Positions 26,111 through 40,145 of a stretch of 64,000 nucleotides of DNA are shown here, piece by piece (position 1 is the stretch's first letter; each line of letters begins with the position of its first letter). The translations under genes were made by a program, and so were the position numbers. Source of the DNA: Eimeria praecox (lineage: Eukaryota). The notes beneath the pieces are model-generated. The model did no database searches and had not been told where the DNA came from. It worked only from the letters and a program-made list of their open reading frames with translations. The stretch lies in contig OY986948.1 of assembly GCA_963920595.1 (NCBI GenBank), forward strand, positions 620,001-684,000, written 5' to 3'.

Positions 26111-26864
26111 CAGGAAGGTCCTCTGTAGCATGTGACAGGCCGCCCCATGTCCCCACCATCACCAGCACAGGCCCCCGGGCTACTGTGTCTAGGAGGCCTA
26201 TGGATTGGAGAGGAGGCTATCAGTTTATTTGTAGTTTTTTCTTTGAGTGTATGACAATGTTGCAGCTCGCGAGTATCTTCAGCTAAGTGTAAAGACCCTC
26301 GTTATGTGGACGCTCGCTAGACGGAGGTTGGTTGGCCTGGGGCTGCCCTTAATCCTAATATATGCATGCATAACCCTCTTTGTATTTCCTGTAGAATCTA
26401 GTTTCATTGTTTTAAGAAGGTGTTTACTGTGTCTTTATATCAACAAGATACTTTGATAGAGAGGAGGGGGCCCCGCCCCGCTCCTTGTTCTTCTATTTGT
26501 GTATTATATGATGTTCTTCTGTATATATTAACAAGTATATTTTCTTTTTATCTTTCTTTTAAAACAAAATAATTAATTGTTATACATGTCTAATATTAAA
26601 TAATATTGCATCTGTTTCAGTCTACTACTTCCTACTATCGGTGGCTAGGCCGCCATCCCCTAGCGACTTATTGTTTGTTGTGGTCTTTGGGGGTTTGTTT
26701 ATCTGTTAATTTGTTGTTATATTCTTCTTTTAATAAATAAAATATAATAATAAATTCATTTCTTATCAGGAGAGGAGGGGGGGGACCCTATGAGCATGCA
26801 GGCTCCTTAATAAACACAACCCCGCCACCACGCGGGGCGGCCGGGGTGGCTGCAGCAGTTGCTG

Positions 26865-26908
<44 letters not shown>

Positions 26909-27035
26909 AGGCGTAAGAAATTAAACACCTGTATATGTTTATCTTACAGCGAAAGGGCTGGCGTTTGCATGCAAATAGAATACGAATCTTATAAGAAGGA
27001 CAGAGCCATCAGACATACAGCGTTACCCTTGAACG

Positions 27036-27093
<58 letters not shown>

Positions 27094-27561
27094 CAAGCAG
27101 CAACAACACCACCGTCTCAGTCTGCTGCAGCAAGAGAGAGAACAGCGGACATACAACATCTCCGCTGTCATCCCTGTTTCTCCTTCCTTTTATATTGAAG
27201 CATTTATATATATTTTGGGGGGCATATAACCTCAACCACCAGACAGCAGCAGCAGCAGCAGCAGCAGCAGCAAACAGCTGAGCTGTGCATACACCGCAGC
27301 TGTTGTAGCTGTTTGTGTCTTCTTCCCTCCTACAACATCGAATACGAATCCATATACTCTATCTCTTAACATTATTCTCTTTCAATTATAGTTTATTTTA
27401 TATTTATATTTGTTTTTTTTCTTGTTTTATTCGATTTAAATTTTATTTAGACTCACCTTCGCCTCTCTTACAGTATCATAACCTGTTTATTAGAGGGGGG
27501 GGGGGCCTCGGGGGTATGTGCGCCACAGACAGCCCGAGGCCGCCCTCCAATATGCGGCAAC

Positions 27562-27594
27562 ATGCGTGTTATTTCGGGATCTCCGGCTGATCCT

Positions 27595-27644
<50 letters not shown>

Positions 27645-27993
27645 GCAGCAGCTGAGAACCACCAACCTCGACCCTACTTCGATCCCCCTACCAGACACTC
27701 ATACAAAAAATAGAACAACGCCACAACACCTGCAACAGCAGCTGCTGCAGCAGCTGCAGCAGCAGCTGCTGCTGCAGCTAACTGGAGACCAGCAGCAACA
27801 GCAAATAGCAGCTGATAATAACACCCTCCTACAGAATGCAGCTGCGGCGCAGCAGCAGCAACAACAGCTGCAGCAGCAACAGCTGCAGCAGCAGCTCCAG
27901 CAACAGCTGCAGCAACAGTTGCAGCAGCTTCAACACCAGCAGCTCCAACAGCAAAGGCAACAAGCACAGCTGCAACAGCCGCAGCAGCTGCTG

Positions 27994-28030
<37 letters not shown>

Positions 28031-28104
28031 AGACCACTGCCCTCCCCGCCGAGACCCTCCTACAAATCCATCGACTCCTGGGGGTTGCTGCTGCTCCGAA
28101 TGCT

Positions 28105-28136
<32 letters not shown>

Positions 28137-28842
28137 GCAGGTAGGAGCAGTAGAAGAGGTGGCGCGGCGCCTTCCGGAGGAAGTGGCAGCAGCAGCAGCA
28201 GCTGCTGCTGCTGCTGCTGCTGCAGCCCCTCACCCCGTAGGTAGAACCCCGGCTAGCCAAGAACCTATTAAGCTGTTGCGGCAGCGCCTGCAGCAGCTAG
28301 AAAGAATAAAACAGACAAACGATCTGCAGCAGCAGCAGCAACAGCAGCAACAACAACAGCAACAGCAACAGCTCCTGTTGCAGCAGCAGCAGCAGCAGCG
28401 TCCCCTGCTGCAGCGCGAGGGCGAGGCTGTGCAGCACCTATTAGATTGTATACAGGTGCTGCGGCATCAGCAGCAATTGCTGCTTCCTCTAAGGGGAACA
28501 GATACGTCGGCTACTCCTGCTGCTGCTGCCCCTGCTGCTGCTGTTGCTGCTGCTGCTCCACCTCCTGCAGCAGCAGAAGCAGAGAAGCAGCAGCAACAGT
28601 CGTTGCAGCAGCGGCTTATTAACTTCCTCTCCCAGCAGCAGCGGCAGCAAGGGCGGCTGCTTCAGATGCTGTCGCAGCACCGGCAGCAGGAGAGCGGCTC
28701 CAGCGAGCTACCGCAACAGCAACAGCAGCAGCAGCAGCAGCAGCAGCAACAGCAACAGCTCGAGCAGCAGCAGCAGCAGCAGCAACAGGGGGATGCGCTG
28801 CGGCAGCAGAGGGCGAAGTTGCTGAGTCGCATTGTGAATTTG

Positions 28843-28876
<34 letters not shown>

Positions 28877-29523
28877 AGCAGCAGCAGCCAGCCAACGCGG
28901 GGAACAGCGACGAGAGCCACCAACGGCAGCAGCAGCAGCAGCATGCACCTGAAGATCTCGCTGCAGCAGCAGCAGCAACAGCAGCAGCAACAGCTGCTGC
29001 TGCTGGGGCTCACAGGGGCCTCGGGGGCCCCCACCGAGGCGATGGGGTATGTGGTCATACAGATCCATGTACTGTAGATGAGTCGGGGTGTCTAGAGGGG
29101 GAGGAAGCAGCAGCAGCAGCAGCAGCAGCTTCTGCTGCAGCAGCAGCTTTGCAGCCGGACGAGCAGCAGGATGTTGCTGCTGCAGCACTGACACGAGATG
29201 CTCTCTCAGGTTTGAAGCCGTTGCTGCAGGCAGCATTTCGCCTCCCCCACTTCCCTGTGCAGCCTGCTGCTGCTGCTGCTGCTGCAGCAGCAGCAGCAGC
29301 AGCAGGAGACAGCGCAGAGAAGAGCCCTCTGGGGTCTTGTCTATCTGTCTGTCTCTCAAACAGTGGAGAGGAGACAGTTAAGGGATGGAGTTGGGGTTTA
29401 GGGGTTGCTGAATATCAAAGAGACAGCAGCTTTCTATTCTGTGAGCTGTCGAGGTTGCTGCGTGCTGCAGCGAATCTGCCTCCGGAGCCCCTCCTAGAAA
29501 ACCTACTGAGGGTAGACACACAG

Positions 29524-29559
<36 letters not shown>

Positions 29560-30297
29560 AAACAGCAGCCGCAGAAACAGCAGCAACAACAGCTGCAACA
29601 GCAGGAACAGGAACGAGAACAGCAGCAGCAACAGCAGCAACAGCAGCAACAGCAGCAGGAAAGCAGCAATCAGGCAGTGAAGCCGCAAGCTACAGCATCT
29701 GCTGCTGATGATGCAGCAGCACAAGAGCACGCGGAAGGGACTGTTGCTGCTGCTGCTGCTGCAGCAGCACCTGCTGCTGCTGCACCTGCTGCTGCTGCAC
29801 CTGCTGCTGCACCTGCCAGCACAGACGCCAAGCCGCAGCACGATGGTGGGTCTGTACCTCCCCAGCAGGCTGCTGCTGATGCTGAAGCAGCAGCAGCAGG
29901 TGCTGCTGCGAATCCTGCTGCTGCTGCTGCCGAGTCTGCTGCAGCACCACCTGTGGCTGAGCATGCAGCTGCTGCTGCTGTTGAAGGTGTTGCTGCTGCT
30001 GCAGCAACTGCTGCTGCTGCTGGTGAAGGAGAAGCAGAAACTGCTGCTCCTAATGCAGCAACTCCTGCAGAAGCAGCACCTCCTGCTGCTGCACCTGCTG
30101 CTGCAGCACCTCCTGCTGCTGCACCTGCTGCTGCAGCAACTGCTGCTGCAGCAACTGCTGCTGCTGCACCTGCTGCTGCAGCAACTGCTGCAGCCTCAAC
30201 GCAGGCGGAGGCGCCACCTTCTGCTGCAGAGGATGATAGTGGGCCCTGTGCAGCGTCTGCTGCAGCAGCTGAAGCTACTGCAGACGGAGCGTCGAGC

Positions 30298-30331
<34 letters not shown>

Positions 30332-30693
30332 CTCCTGATTTGGTGTTGGATGAGGAGGACTCTCTCAGCCTCAAAGGCCTCGAATCGGCAGTAGACACCG
30401 CGTGTTTGACGACGAGAGACATATCTCCTAATCAGCAACAAGACGTACAGCAGCAGCAGCAGCAGCAGCAAGAAGTGCTGCAGCAGCAGCAGCAACAACA
30501 GCAGCAGGATATGCCGTTGGAGCAGCAGCAGCAGCAGCAAGGCATGCAGCAACAACAGCACCAGCAACAGCAGCATCATGACCTGCTGCAGCGACAGCAG
30601 CATTGGCTGGAGCTGGGCGCTGGTGCTATTGATTCTGGAGGTGCAACAGCAAGTGAGGGTCTAGCAGCAATGGTGAGGGAAGCCGCATCAGGT

Positions 30694-30743
<50 letters not shown>

Positions 30744-30896
30744 AACAACAGATCAATTCAGGGAGGAGCTGCAAAGAGATGAAGAGACACGCCAGGCCCT
30801 CACAGAGGAGACAGCGGGAGGCCCCACCTTCCGCTCTCTTCCTATGGAATTCTCTCTTAGTCTTTCTGCTGTATGCGCGAAGGTAAGTGCTGCTGT

Positions 30897-30953
<57 letters not shown>

Positions 30954-31180
30954 AGGAAGGCGTTTGTAGCTGTTTCTGTTTGCTTCTGTTGCATGCTGTT
31001 GTGTATGTATGTGTATGTGTATGGATATCGTTCTGCTGCTGTTGCTGCTGCTGCTGTGTGCTGCAGGCGTTGCAGCAGTGTGAAGCCGCACAGGCTCTGC
31101 TGTCGCCTCCAGTTCAGTGCTGCTGGGATCGGGTCCTCTCCGTCTGTCAGCCTCATTGGCAGCAGCAGGTAGAGAGCGAG

Positions 31181-31211
<31 letters not shown>

Positions 31212-31278
31212 TAGACGCAGCGAGCGGCACAACCGCAACAGAAGCAGCAACAGCAACAGAAGCAGCAACAGCAACAGA

Positions 31279-31309
<31 letters not shown>

Positions 31310-31669
31310 ACAACAGCAGCAGCAGCAGAAGGCGCCGAGAGGACCGAGTCGAAGCCGGTATGTATAATATGTCGGCTGCTGCAGCAGCAGGTTGCTGGGC
31401 ATAGCTCGCCGAACAGCAGCAGCAACAGCAGCAGCAGCAGCAGCAGCAGCGGGAGCTCTGGGGGGCCCCTCCACGAAGCATTCGAGCTGCTGCGGCAGCA
31501 GCACCGTCATGTTTATCTAGACAGCAGAAGGGCCCCACAGCCTCTGCTAGAGAGCCATATACAAGATTTGTTGCTAAAGAAGATCTGCTGCAGCAGTTCT
31601 GCTGCTCGCTGTACTACCCCACACCCGCAGAAGAGAGGCAGAGATGGGGCGCCTATAGCTGATGAACAG

Positions 31670-31728
<59 letters not shown>

Positions 31729-31798
31729 AGAAGAGTGGAAAATGCAGCTCCGTATAGCCAGAGATAGAAGCGCATTCGATGTGCACTCGGCAGACACT

Positions 31799-31849
<51 letters not shown>

Positions 31850-32125
31850 GAAGCAGGTAATCCGGCAAAGGACAGGACAGACGATGCTGCTGCTGCTGCT
31901 GCTGCAGCAGCAGCAGCAGCAGCAGACTATCCTACAGAAGAAAGCCTACTTATTGCTGCAGCAACTGTAGGAAAGAACGAGAGAGAGAAACTCGCTCAGC
32001 AGTTTCTGCTGCGGGTCTACGGTGAGTGCTGCTGCTGCTGCTGCTGCTGTTGCTGTTGCTGCTGCTGTCCTTGTTGTTATTGTTATTGCTGCTGTTGCTG
32101 CTGCTGTTCTTGTTGTTATTGTTAT

Positions 32126-32164
<39 letters not shown>

Positions 32165-32683
32165 ATACACTTCAGATCTGTTTATACATAAATCCTAAGA
32201 ACTTAAGACATTCTTGTACTGAGAGAGAGGGTATGCAAGTGCTGCTGCTGTTGCTGCTGCTGCGGTTGCTGCTGCTGCTGTTGCTGCTGCTGTGTTGCTG
32301 CAGGACCGGAGACCCTCAGGGCTGTGGAGCGTAAAGTGTCTCCGCATGCAGCTGTCTCTGTCTCCCCCGCAGCTTGGACAGTGCAGCTATCTACCTCTCC
32401 TGCTGCTGCTGCTGCAGCAGCAGCAGCAGCAGCACAAGAGCAGCAGAAGCAGCAGGATGAGGTTGCCCAGGAGGAGCAGCAGCTTCTGGCTGCTGAGAAG
32501 CAGGTAGACCAAAGCAACAACAACAACAGCAGCAGCAGCAGCAGCAGCAAGACAGCAGAGCAGGCTGCTGCTGCAGCAGCAGCAGCAGCAGAATCGCCTC
32601 CTACCCGAACATTTTTGATTTCGGTGTATGGATATTACACTGCTTGCTGCCTCGCACTCGACACTCTGCAGCAGCAGCAGCAA

Positions 32684-32718
<35 letters not shown>

Positions 32719-32892
32719 ACAGCAGCAGCAGGAGGAGGGTTCAAAGCCTTTCCATACACGGCTGTTCTCGTCTCTGCTGCTGCGGAGACAGCATACCCTA
32801 GAAGATGAATGGTTTACTGCAACGTGGGGGCCCCTGCTGGCAGACCCGGGGGGCCCCCCTAGTATACCTGTTAAGAGCAGCAACTCCCGTGA

Positions 32893-32924
<32 letters not shown>

Positions 32925-33072
32925 ACAGCAGCAGCAACAGCAGCAGCAGCAGCAGCAAGAGCTGCAGCAGCCAGGTGATGACTGTCTCAGCACACGCTAT
33001 AAAAGATGTAACGGAGGATTGTAGGCTGTGGGTAAGGAGACGATTGCTGCTGCCGAAAGGAGACGGCAGCAA

Positions 33073-33104
<32 letters not shown>

Positions 33105-33105
33105 A

Positions 33106-33137
<32 letters not shown>

Positions 33138-33982
33138 GCAGCAAGAGCGAGGAGACAGGAGACAGTTTAAGATATGAGTTAGTTGATGTTGTTAGACGCA
33201 GCAAGACAGTAGGAGTATATAATAGAAGGAGACAGTTGCTGCAGCTGCAGGGCCCCCCCTGGACGGAACCGAAGAAGGCCCCCTCTATCAGAACGAATAC
33301 AGAAGAGAGAACGACGGTGAGAAAGAGAGAAGATGGATCTTCTTCTCTCTTCCTCTGTCTCTTCTTCTCTCTTCCTCTGTCTCTTCTTCTCTCATCCTCT
33401 GTCTCTTCTTCTCTCTTTCTCTGTCTCTTTCTGTCTCCTGTTGTCTGTCTCTTTTCTCTCCTTCTATGTCTTCTTTATGTCTCTCTGTCTATGTTTGTCT
33501 CCTCCTCTGTCTCCTCTCTTTCTCTGTCCTCCTCTCTTGCTCTGTCTCTGTCTCCTCCTCTGTCTCCTCTGTCTCTGTCTCTGTCTCCTTCTCTGTCTCC
33601 TCTGTCTCTGTCTCTGTCTCCTCCTCTGTCTCCTCTGTCTCTCTCTCTGTCTCCTTTGTCTATTCTTAGTCTCCTTTGTTTTTTATTTGTCTGTCTTCTT
33701 CTGTCTCTGTCTCCCTATTCTCTTTCTCTGTCTCCTCTGTCTCTCTGCCTGTCTCCTCTGTCTATCTCCCTGTCTCCTCTGTCTCCTCAGGGCCTTTCTT
33801 CTCTGTCTCTATTGCTGTCTCTTGTTGTTGTTTATTCTGACTGTCTCCTTCTGTCGTCTGTCTCTTCTTGTCTCCTACATCTTCTGTCTCCTCCTTTCTT
33901 CTCTTCTTATGTTTTTCTCTCTCCCCCTTTTATCTTATTTTTCGTGCTGTCTCCATATCTTCTCTCTCTCTCTTGTTGTATC

Positions 33983-34029
<47 letters not shown>

Positions 34030-34312
34030 TTGTGTGTCTCCTTCCTTATTGTATCTGTCTCTGTCTCCTTTCTTCCTTCTCCCCTCTTCCCCTGGCTTTC
34101 ACATTACTGCGGAGCAGCAGCCATCCCTGCTGCTGCTATTGCTGCTGCTATTGCTGCTGCTATTGCTGCTGCTGCTTCTATTGCTGCTGCTGCTGCTATT
34201 GCTGCTGTTGTTGCTGCTGCTGCTGCTCAGGCCCCTGGATATGCGTTGCGGCATCGGAGACGTCTCCCGGCGTCTCCAAATTCTCTTGTTCTTCGAGGGG
34301 GGTTAGTAGAAG

Positions 34313-34317
<5 letters not shown>
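27562..34317 (+). CDS. Large polyQ/polyA/polyS-rich protein with possible degenerate AP2-like domain(s); inferred exons 27562-30882, 31067-32021, 32303-33316, 34231-34317
   Basis: Long ORFs joined by phase-compatible donors (AAG|gtaagt, G|gtgagt, ACG|gtgaga) and cag acceptors. The segment AVSVSPAAWTVQLS...TRTFLISVYGYYTACCLAL resembles the ApiAP2 three-strand plus helix pattern. The gene is well supported; the AP2 call is tentative. Confidence 0.65.
33330..33970. repeat. CT-rich degenerate minisatellite (CTGTCTCCT core), intronic
   Basis: Repeated ctgtctcct/ctgtctct units. Confidence 0.85.
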
Positions 34318-34377
<60 letters not shown>

Positions 34378-34497
34378 ATTGTTGTTGTCTTGTTGTTTAT
34401 CTTCGAGTTTATCTTATTCTTTTCTTCTTGTCTGCATGCATATCCCCTGTTGCTGCTCCTTCTACAGAGTTCTTGCTAAGGAGCTGCTGCAGCGTGG

Positions 34498-34528
<31 letters not shown>

Positions 34529-34685
34529 CCTTGTACAGAGCTGTTGCAGTGGAGTTGCTGCTGCAGCAGCTGCTCGTTGTACATGTTGAGTTGCTGCTGC
34601 TGCTGCTGCATGCATCTGTTGCGCATGCACTTTGGGGCTTTGAAAGCTGCTGCTGTGTCTGCAGCAGCTAGCTGAGTCGAAGCAG

Positions 34686-34718
<33 letters not shown>

Positions 34719-34925
34719 TCTGTCTGTAGCTGCAGCAGCTAGCTGTCCTGTCTCAGGAGACAGCAACAGCAGCAGCTAGCTGTGCCTCAGGAGACAGCAG
34801 CAGCAGCAGCAGCAGCAGCTTCTGTCTCCTCAGTCGCAGCAAACTTAGTTTGAAGGATTTGACACTTGACGCCCAAATAGAATACTTAGAGTACTACACT
34901 GCTCTATCTATCCATGTGTTTGTGT

Positions 34926-34984
<59 letters not shown>

Positions 34985-35367
34985 AATATATAGATATAGA
35001 TATGTATATTTGAAGATACAGATATGTAGATATATATAGGTATAGAAAGATACAGATGTATATATATATATATATATACATTATATATATAGATATAGAT
35101 ATAGATATAGATATAGATATAGATATAGATATAGATATAGATAGATGTGGATATAGATATGTAGATATAGATGTAGATATATCTCTATATATAGATATAG
35201 ATACAGATATGTATGGATATATAGATACAGTCGTAAGCTGCTGTATCTGCGCATGCGTTTGTCTGTTTATTTGTTTATATAGATAGATACATAGATACAG
35301 ATATATAGATAGATATACATAGATATAGATAGATGTATATAGATAGATATAGATATATTACGTCTAC

Positions 35368-35440
<73 letters not shown>

Positions 35441-35629
35441 GAGAGACTGCTGCTGCTGCATGCAGAGTGGCGCATGCAGCACAAGGCACAGGATACAAAG
35501 CCCCACCGCTATTTGTTGGTTGAATACTTTCATTTAATTTATTAAAAATAAACAGACAGAGACGAACTCCAACTCTAAACAGCTGCTGCCTGGCTTCTCA
35601 AATAGCTAGCTGCCTCTTTCTTCTCCTCA

Positions 35630-35730
35630 ACTAGCTAGCTAGCTAGCTAGCTAGCTAGCTAGTTGATAAGATGAGTAACTAGCTAGCTGTCTAGCTAGCT
35701 GGTTAGCTAGCTAGCTAGCTAGCTAGCTAG
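35630..35730. repeat. (AGCT)n palindromic tetranucleotide repeat
   Basis: ctagctagctagct runs. Confidence 0.9.
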
Positions 35731-36234
35731 GTGACAGGGCTTCAGGGCATCTGTACACCTGAAGCTGACTGTGCATGCATCTCTAGGTAGAGATTTGCAT
35801 GCATGCATTTGGGGCTGTTATAACATTTCCAGGCTATCCTCTGAGGTGTACGTACACCTCACGCTTGTCATTTGAAGTATATACTTATTTATTTATTTCT
35901 GACAGATTTATTTGAATAAGATAAATTAGAGGGTTTTGGTAACGCTTCCTGCTGCTGCTGCTGCAACTGCTGCTGCTGCAACTGCTGCTGCTGCTGCTGC
36001 TGAGGTGTACATGCAGACACCGGAAGAAGTATACATACAGCTGACAGGCAAGACAGCTGCCTCTCTCAGGTGTCTCCTCACCTCTTCACTGTTTGCTCTG
36101 TCTTCGAGGTGTATAGACTTAGGTGTATAGACAGAATTTAGGTGTATAGACAGAAGAAGAAGACAAAGGAGACACACACAATAAAATATGTTTTACGTTT
36201 AATATCTTTAAGCCCACATCATCTCAGCAGACAG

Positions 36235-36660
36235 CTAAGAGGAGACAGATAGAGAAGAGACAGATAGAGAAGAGACAGGTAGAGAAGAGACAGATAGAGA
36301 AGAGACAGATAGAGAGGAGACAGATAGAGAGGAGACAGACACAGATAAGGAGGAGACAGGTAAGGAGGAGACAGATGGAGAAGAGACAGATAGGGAAGAG
36401 ACAGATAGAGAGGAGACAGATAGAAAAGAGACAGATAAGGAGGAGACAGACAGAGGGGAGACAGACAAAGAGGAGACAGATAAGGAGGAGACAGATAGAG
36501 AAGAGACAGATAGAAAAGAGACAGATAGAGAGGAGACAGATAGAGAGGAGGCAGATAGAAAAGAGACAGATAGGGAAGAGACAGATAGAGGGGAGACAGA
36601 TAGAGGGGAGACAGATAGAGAGGAGACAGATAACGATAAAACATATAAAGAGGAGACAGC
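36235..36660. repeat. 15-bp minisatellite, unit ~AGAGGAGACAGATAG
   Basis: About 26 tandem 15-bp units, which produce the repetitive spurious ORFs LYLSP / RRQIE. Confidence 0.92.
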
Positions 36661-36699
36661 CTCTATTGTTTTGTTTTGCTCGCTGATTATCATAAACAT

Positions 36700-37330
36700 T
36701 TGCTCATATCTGTTATCTGTCTCCTTCTGTCTATGTATGTCTGTCTCTTTCTGTCTGTCTCCCCTCTTCTGTCTCCTCTTGTCTGTCTCCTCCTGTCTGT
36801 CTCCTTTCATCTGTCTGTTGTTGTCTGTCTCCCCTTGTCTGTCTCCTTTCGGCTGTTTCTTTTTATCTGTCTATCTTCTTGTGTCTGTCTCCCTTTCTCT
36901 GTCTCCTCTTGTCTGTCTCTCTTGTCTGTCTCCTTTTCTCTGTCTCTCTTCTTTTATCTGTCTCCTCTTGTCTGTCTCTCTTGTTTTGTGTGTCTCCCTT
37001 TGTCTGTCTCTCTTCCTTTCTCTGTCTCCTCTTGTCTGTCTCTCTTCTTTTATCTGTCTCCTCTTGTCTGTCTCTCTTCTTTTGTGTGTCTCCTCTTGTC
37101 TGTCTGCTGTCTCTTATCTCCTCTTGTCTGTCTCCTTTTGTCTGTCTCCTTTGTTTTATTTCATTTCGTCTGTCTATCTTCTTTTGTTTTATTTGCTCTT
37201 CCTCCTCCCCTCCTGTCTGTCTCCTCTTGTTTGTCTCCTCTCATCTATCTGTTTTTCTCTGTCTCCTTCTGTCTTCCTCCTTCTATCTGTCTCCCTCTAA
37301 CTCTCTCCCCCTAACTGTCTCTTTGTCTGT
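36700..37330. repeat. Degenerate CTGTCTCC-core minisatellite, opposite orientation to 36235-36660
   Basis: Repeated tgtctgtctcctct units. Confidence 0.85.
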
Positions 37331-37982
37331 CTCTTTATCCTGTATCTTTGTGCTTCTGTATGAATCTGCTGCAGCTGCTGCTGCAGCAGCTGCTGCTGAA
37401 GCAGCAGCTGCTGCAGCAAAGGAGACAATCAAACAAGAGCTGTAGCTGAAGAGGAGACAGAGCTGTCTCCTTATCAGCTCAAGGAGAGGCAGCTGCTGCT
37501 GCAGCAGCAGCAGCAGCAGCTGCAGCAGCTGCTGCTGCTTCATGCAAATCAAAACCAAAGGATAGATGTTGTTTATTATATATAAGAGAAAAAAGATATA
37601 ATTAATCTTAAAGACAAGACAGCAGGCCTTGTCTCTAAAAGCTCTGTCTCTTCATATCCTCGAAACATAGAATTTGTGGTGTATGTACAGTCAGTAGAGA
37701 AGAAAAAGGAGAGTGCGTGCAGTTTGCTTGCATTGTCTCTCTCTTCTTTCTCTCTTTCTTTCTCTCCTTCCCTCTCTCTCTCTCTACATATATATATATA
37801 TATATATATACATACATATAGATATGCAGCTGTCTATCTCTCTATATCTATATCTCTGTCTCTCCCTCTCTCCTTCCCTCTTCTTATTTTGTTGTTTACT
37901 TTTGTAGTTTACTTGACTGATGCATGAAGCGACAAATAATGTAGGAGCAACCTCGTCTTCTGTCTCCTTACACACAGAGGGG

Positions 37983-38053
<71 letters not shown>

Positions 38054-38557
38054 TAGATAGATAGATAGTAAATATATAGATAGACTAGATAGATATATAT
38101 AGGCAGATAGATAGATTAGATGGTTAGATAGGTAGATAGATAGATATGTAGAGAGACAGATAGACAGACATAGTAGGTAGGTAGATAGATATAGGTAGAT
38201 AGATATATTAGATCGATAGGTAGATGAGATAGGTTTAAGGTAAGCTTATCTATCTGTTTATCTATTTAGTCTATCAATCTAATCTATCTATCTATCTATC
38301 TATCTTATCTATCTATCTATCTATCTACCTACCTGCCTCTAGAGACAGGTAGATTAGATAGACAGACAGATTAGGTAGATAGATAGATTAGATAGAACAG
38401 GTAGATAAATAGATACATAGATAGATATATCTAGCTGTTTATCTATATATTCTATCTAATCTATCTATCTGACCTATCTGTCTATCTACCTACCTATCTA
38501 TACAGACAGTTTACATAGATAGATAGACATAGATAGATTGGGTAGATAGATAAGTAG

Positions 38558-38624
<67 letters not shown>

Positions 38625-40145
38625 ATACAGATAGATATACTGTTTGTACAGCATCTATCCTCTTCTTCTCTCGTTTAGTTTATCCCATGTTTGTTTTTCT
38701 ATCGTTGCATTCTTAGAAAAATTCAAAGAACTTATTTTGATTTACCCTAGCTTTTGTCTCTCTTGCTCGCTGAGGTGTACAGACACCTCAGCAGTAGCCA
38801 GCAGCAGCAGCAGGAGCTGTTGCTGCTGCTGCAGAGCAGCAGCAATCCTATTAACGTTCTTTATAAACACTAACAGCACCTAATGTAGTACTGTTTGCTG
38901 CTTCTGCTGCTTTAAGACAGAAAAGAGAAGCGTGAGGAGGCTGTTGAATGTCTCCTCGCAACACAAACAACAAAACAACACCGACAAATAAACAAACAGC
39001 CCCATGTACACTCGGCGCATGCAAACCTGAAGCTTATAGCCTTTCCTGCATGTTAAGAAAGAAAGAGGGGAGAGAGTGAGGTGTACAGACAGACACACAC
39101 GAGCCTCTGAACACACCAACAAAACTCGCAGCATTAGAATATACGTTCATACACTCCCTCCATCCTAAAGAAACTGCTTCTCTCACCCTCTAACCCTTAC
39201 TGCTCAGGTGTATCTACACTTTCTTCTTCCGCCACACTTGCGGTGTATATACACTCCACACACACTCTCTCTCCCCTTTGCACTGTATATACACTCTATA
39301 TGCAGCACACCCAGCACCTCACAGTTCATTACGCTCTTTCCAACATGATAAGAAACTAATAAAATGCAATTTCACGTTAATTTCATGATGTTTTCTCTGT
39401 TCACTAGAACCCCAGGTGTATGCACATACACCTGAGTGTGCGGTGTACATACACCGCAGTGTGCAGGTGTACGTGCAGAACCGTGCGAAGTGTATGTACA
39501 CCTTATTGTGAATTAAACAAACAATTTAGTTTGGATGAATTGTTTTAAATGAATTCTTTTTCTCTTTTCGTGATGTCTAGAGGCAGGATCGTTGGGGCCG
39601 TGGGGCAGCCTGCCTACTACATACCTACACGTTTTGTGTATTCCTTAACAGCAAAGCTGATGTGTATATTTGATTGTGTTTTTTATATTAAAATATACTT
39701 TATTACAATTGATATATCGTAAATAAAAACATAAAGATAAGAAAACAGAAAAAAAATCATGAATACACCGCACTGCCCCTAGGGAGGGAGAGGCGGCGCC
39801 TCCCGCAGCAGCATATTCATGTGTCTGTCTGTCTGTCTAGGCTAAGTGGTGAATGACTATGTCTAATTGCAATATAATATATTTTATAAATTAAAAAACC
39901 TAAAAACAAGTATTAAAACACGATAATATATATATAAATATATATAAATATATAAGAATGTAAGAAATGAATAGATTAGGAGCTAGCCATAAACACAGAG
40001 GTGCTAGCCCTCACGTGCAGCGAACCTCCCCGCGCTGGTGTCGCTGAGGGTGGGGGTGGGGGGCATATGTATGAGGAGGCTGTTCATCACACAACTCATC
40101 TTTTTGCTAAGTCCTTTAGTAATGAGTTCAGGAAAAGAATCGAAA

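Noticed and set aside
33333..34589. Hydrophobic Leu/Ser/Cys-rich ORFs resembling membrane proteins (also 36671-37445)
   Set aside because: Translations of CT-rich minisatellites and (TAT)n/(CTG)n runs; the first is better explained as an intron.
34400..39500. Protein-coding gene between the AP2-like gene and H2B
   Set aside because: Only short unique patches among microsatellites; I could not build a phase-consistent exon chain or find a motif.
40038..40145. N-terminal extension of H2B in the ORF track
   Set aside because: The ORF begins at a non-ATG codon; H2B homology and start context point to ATG 40146.
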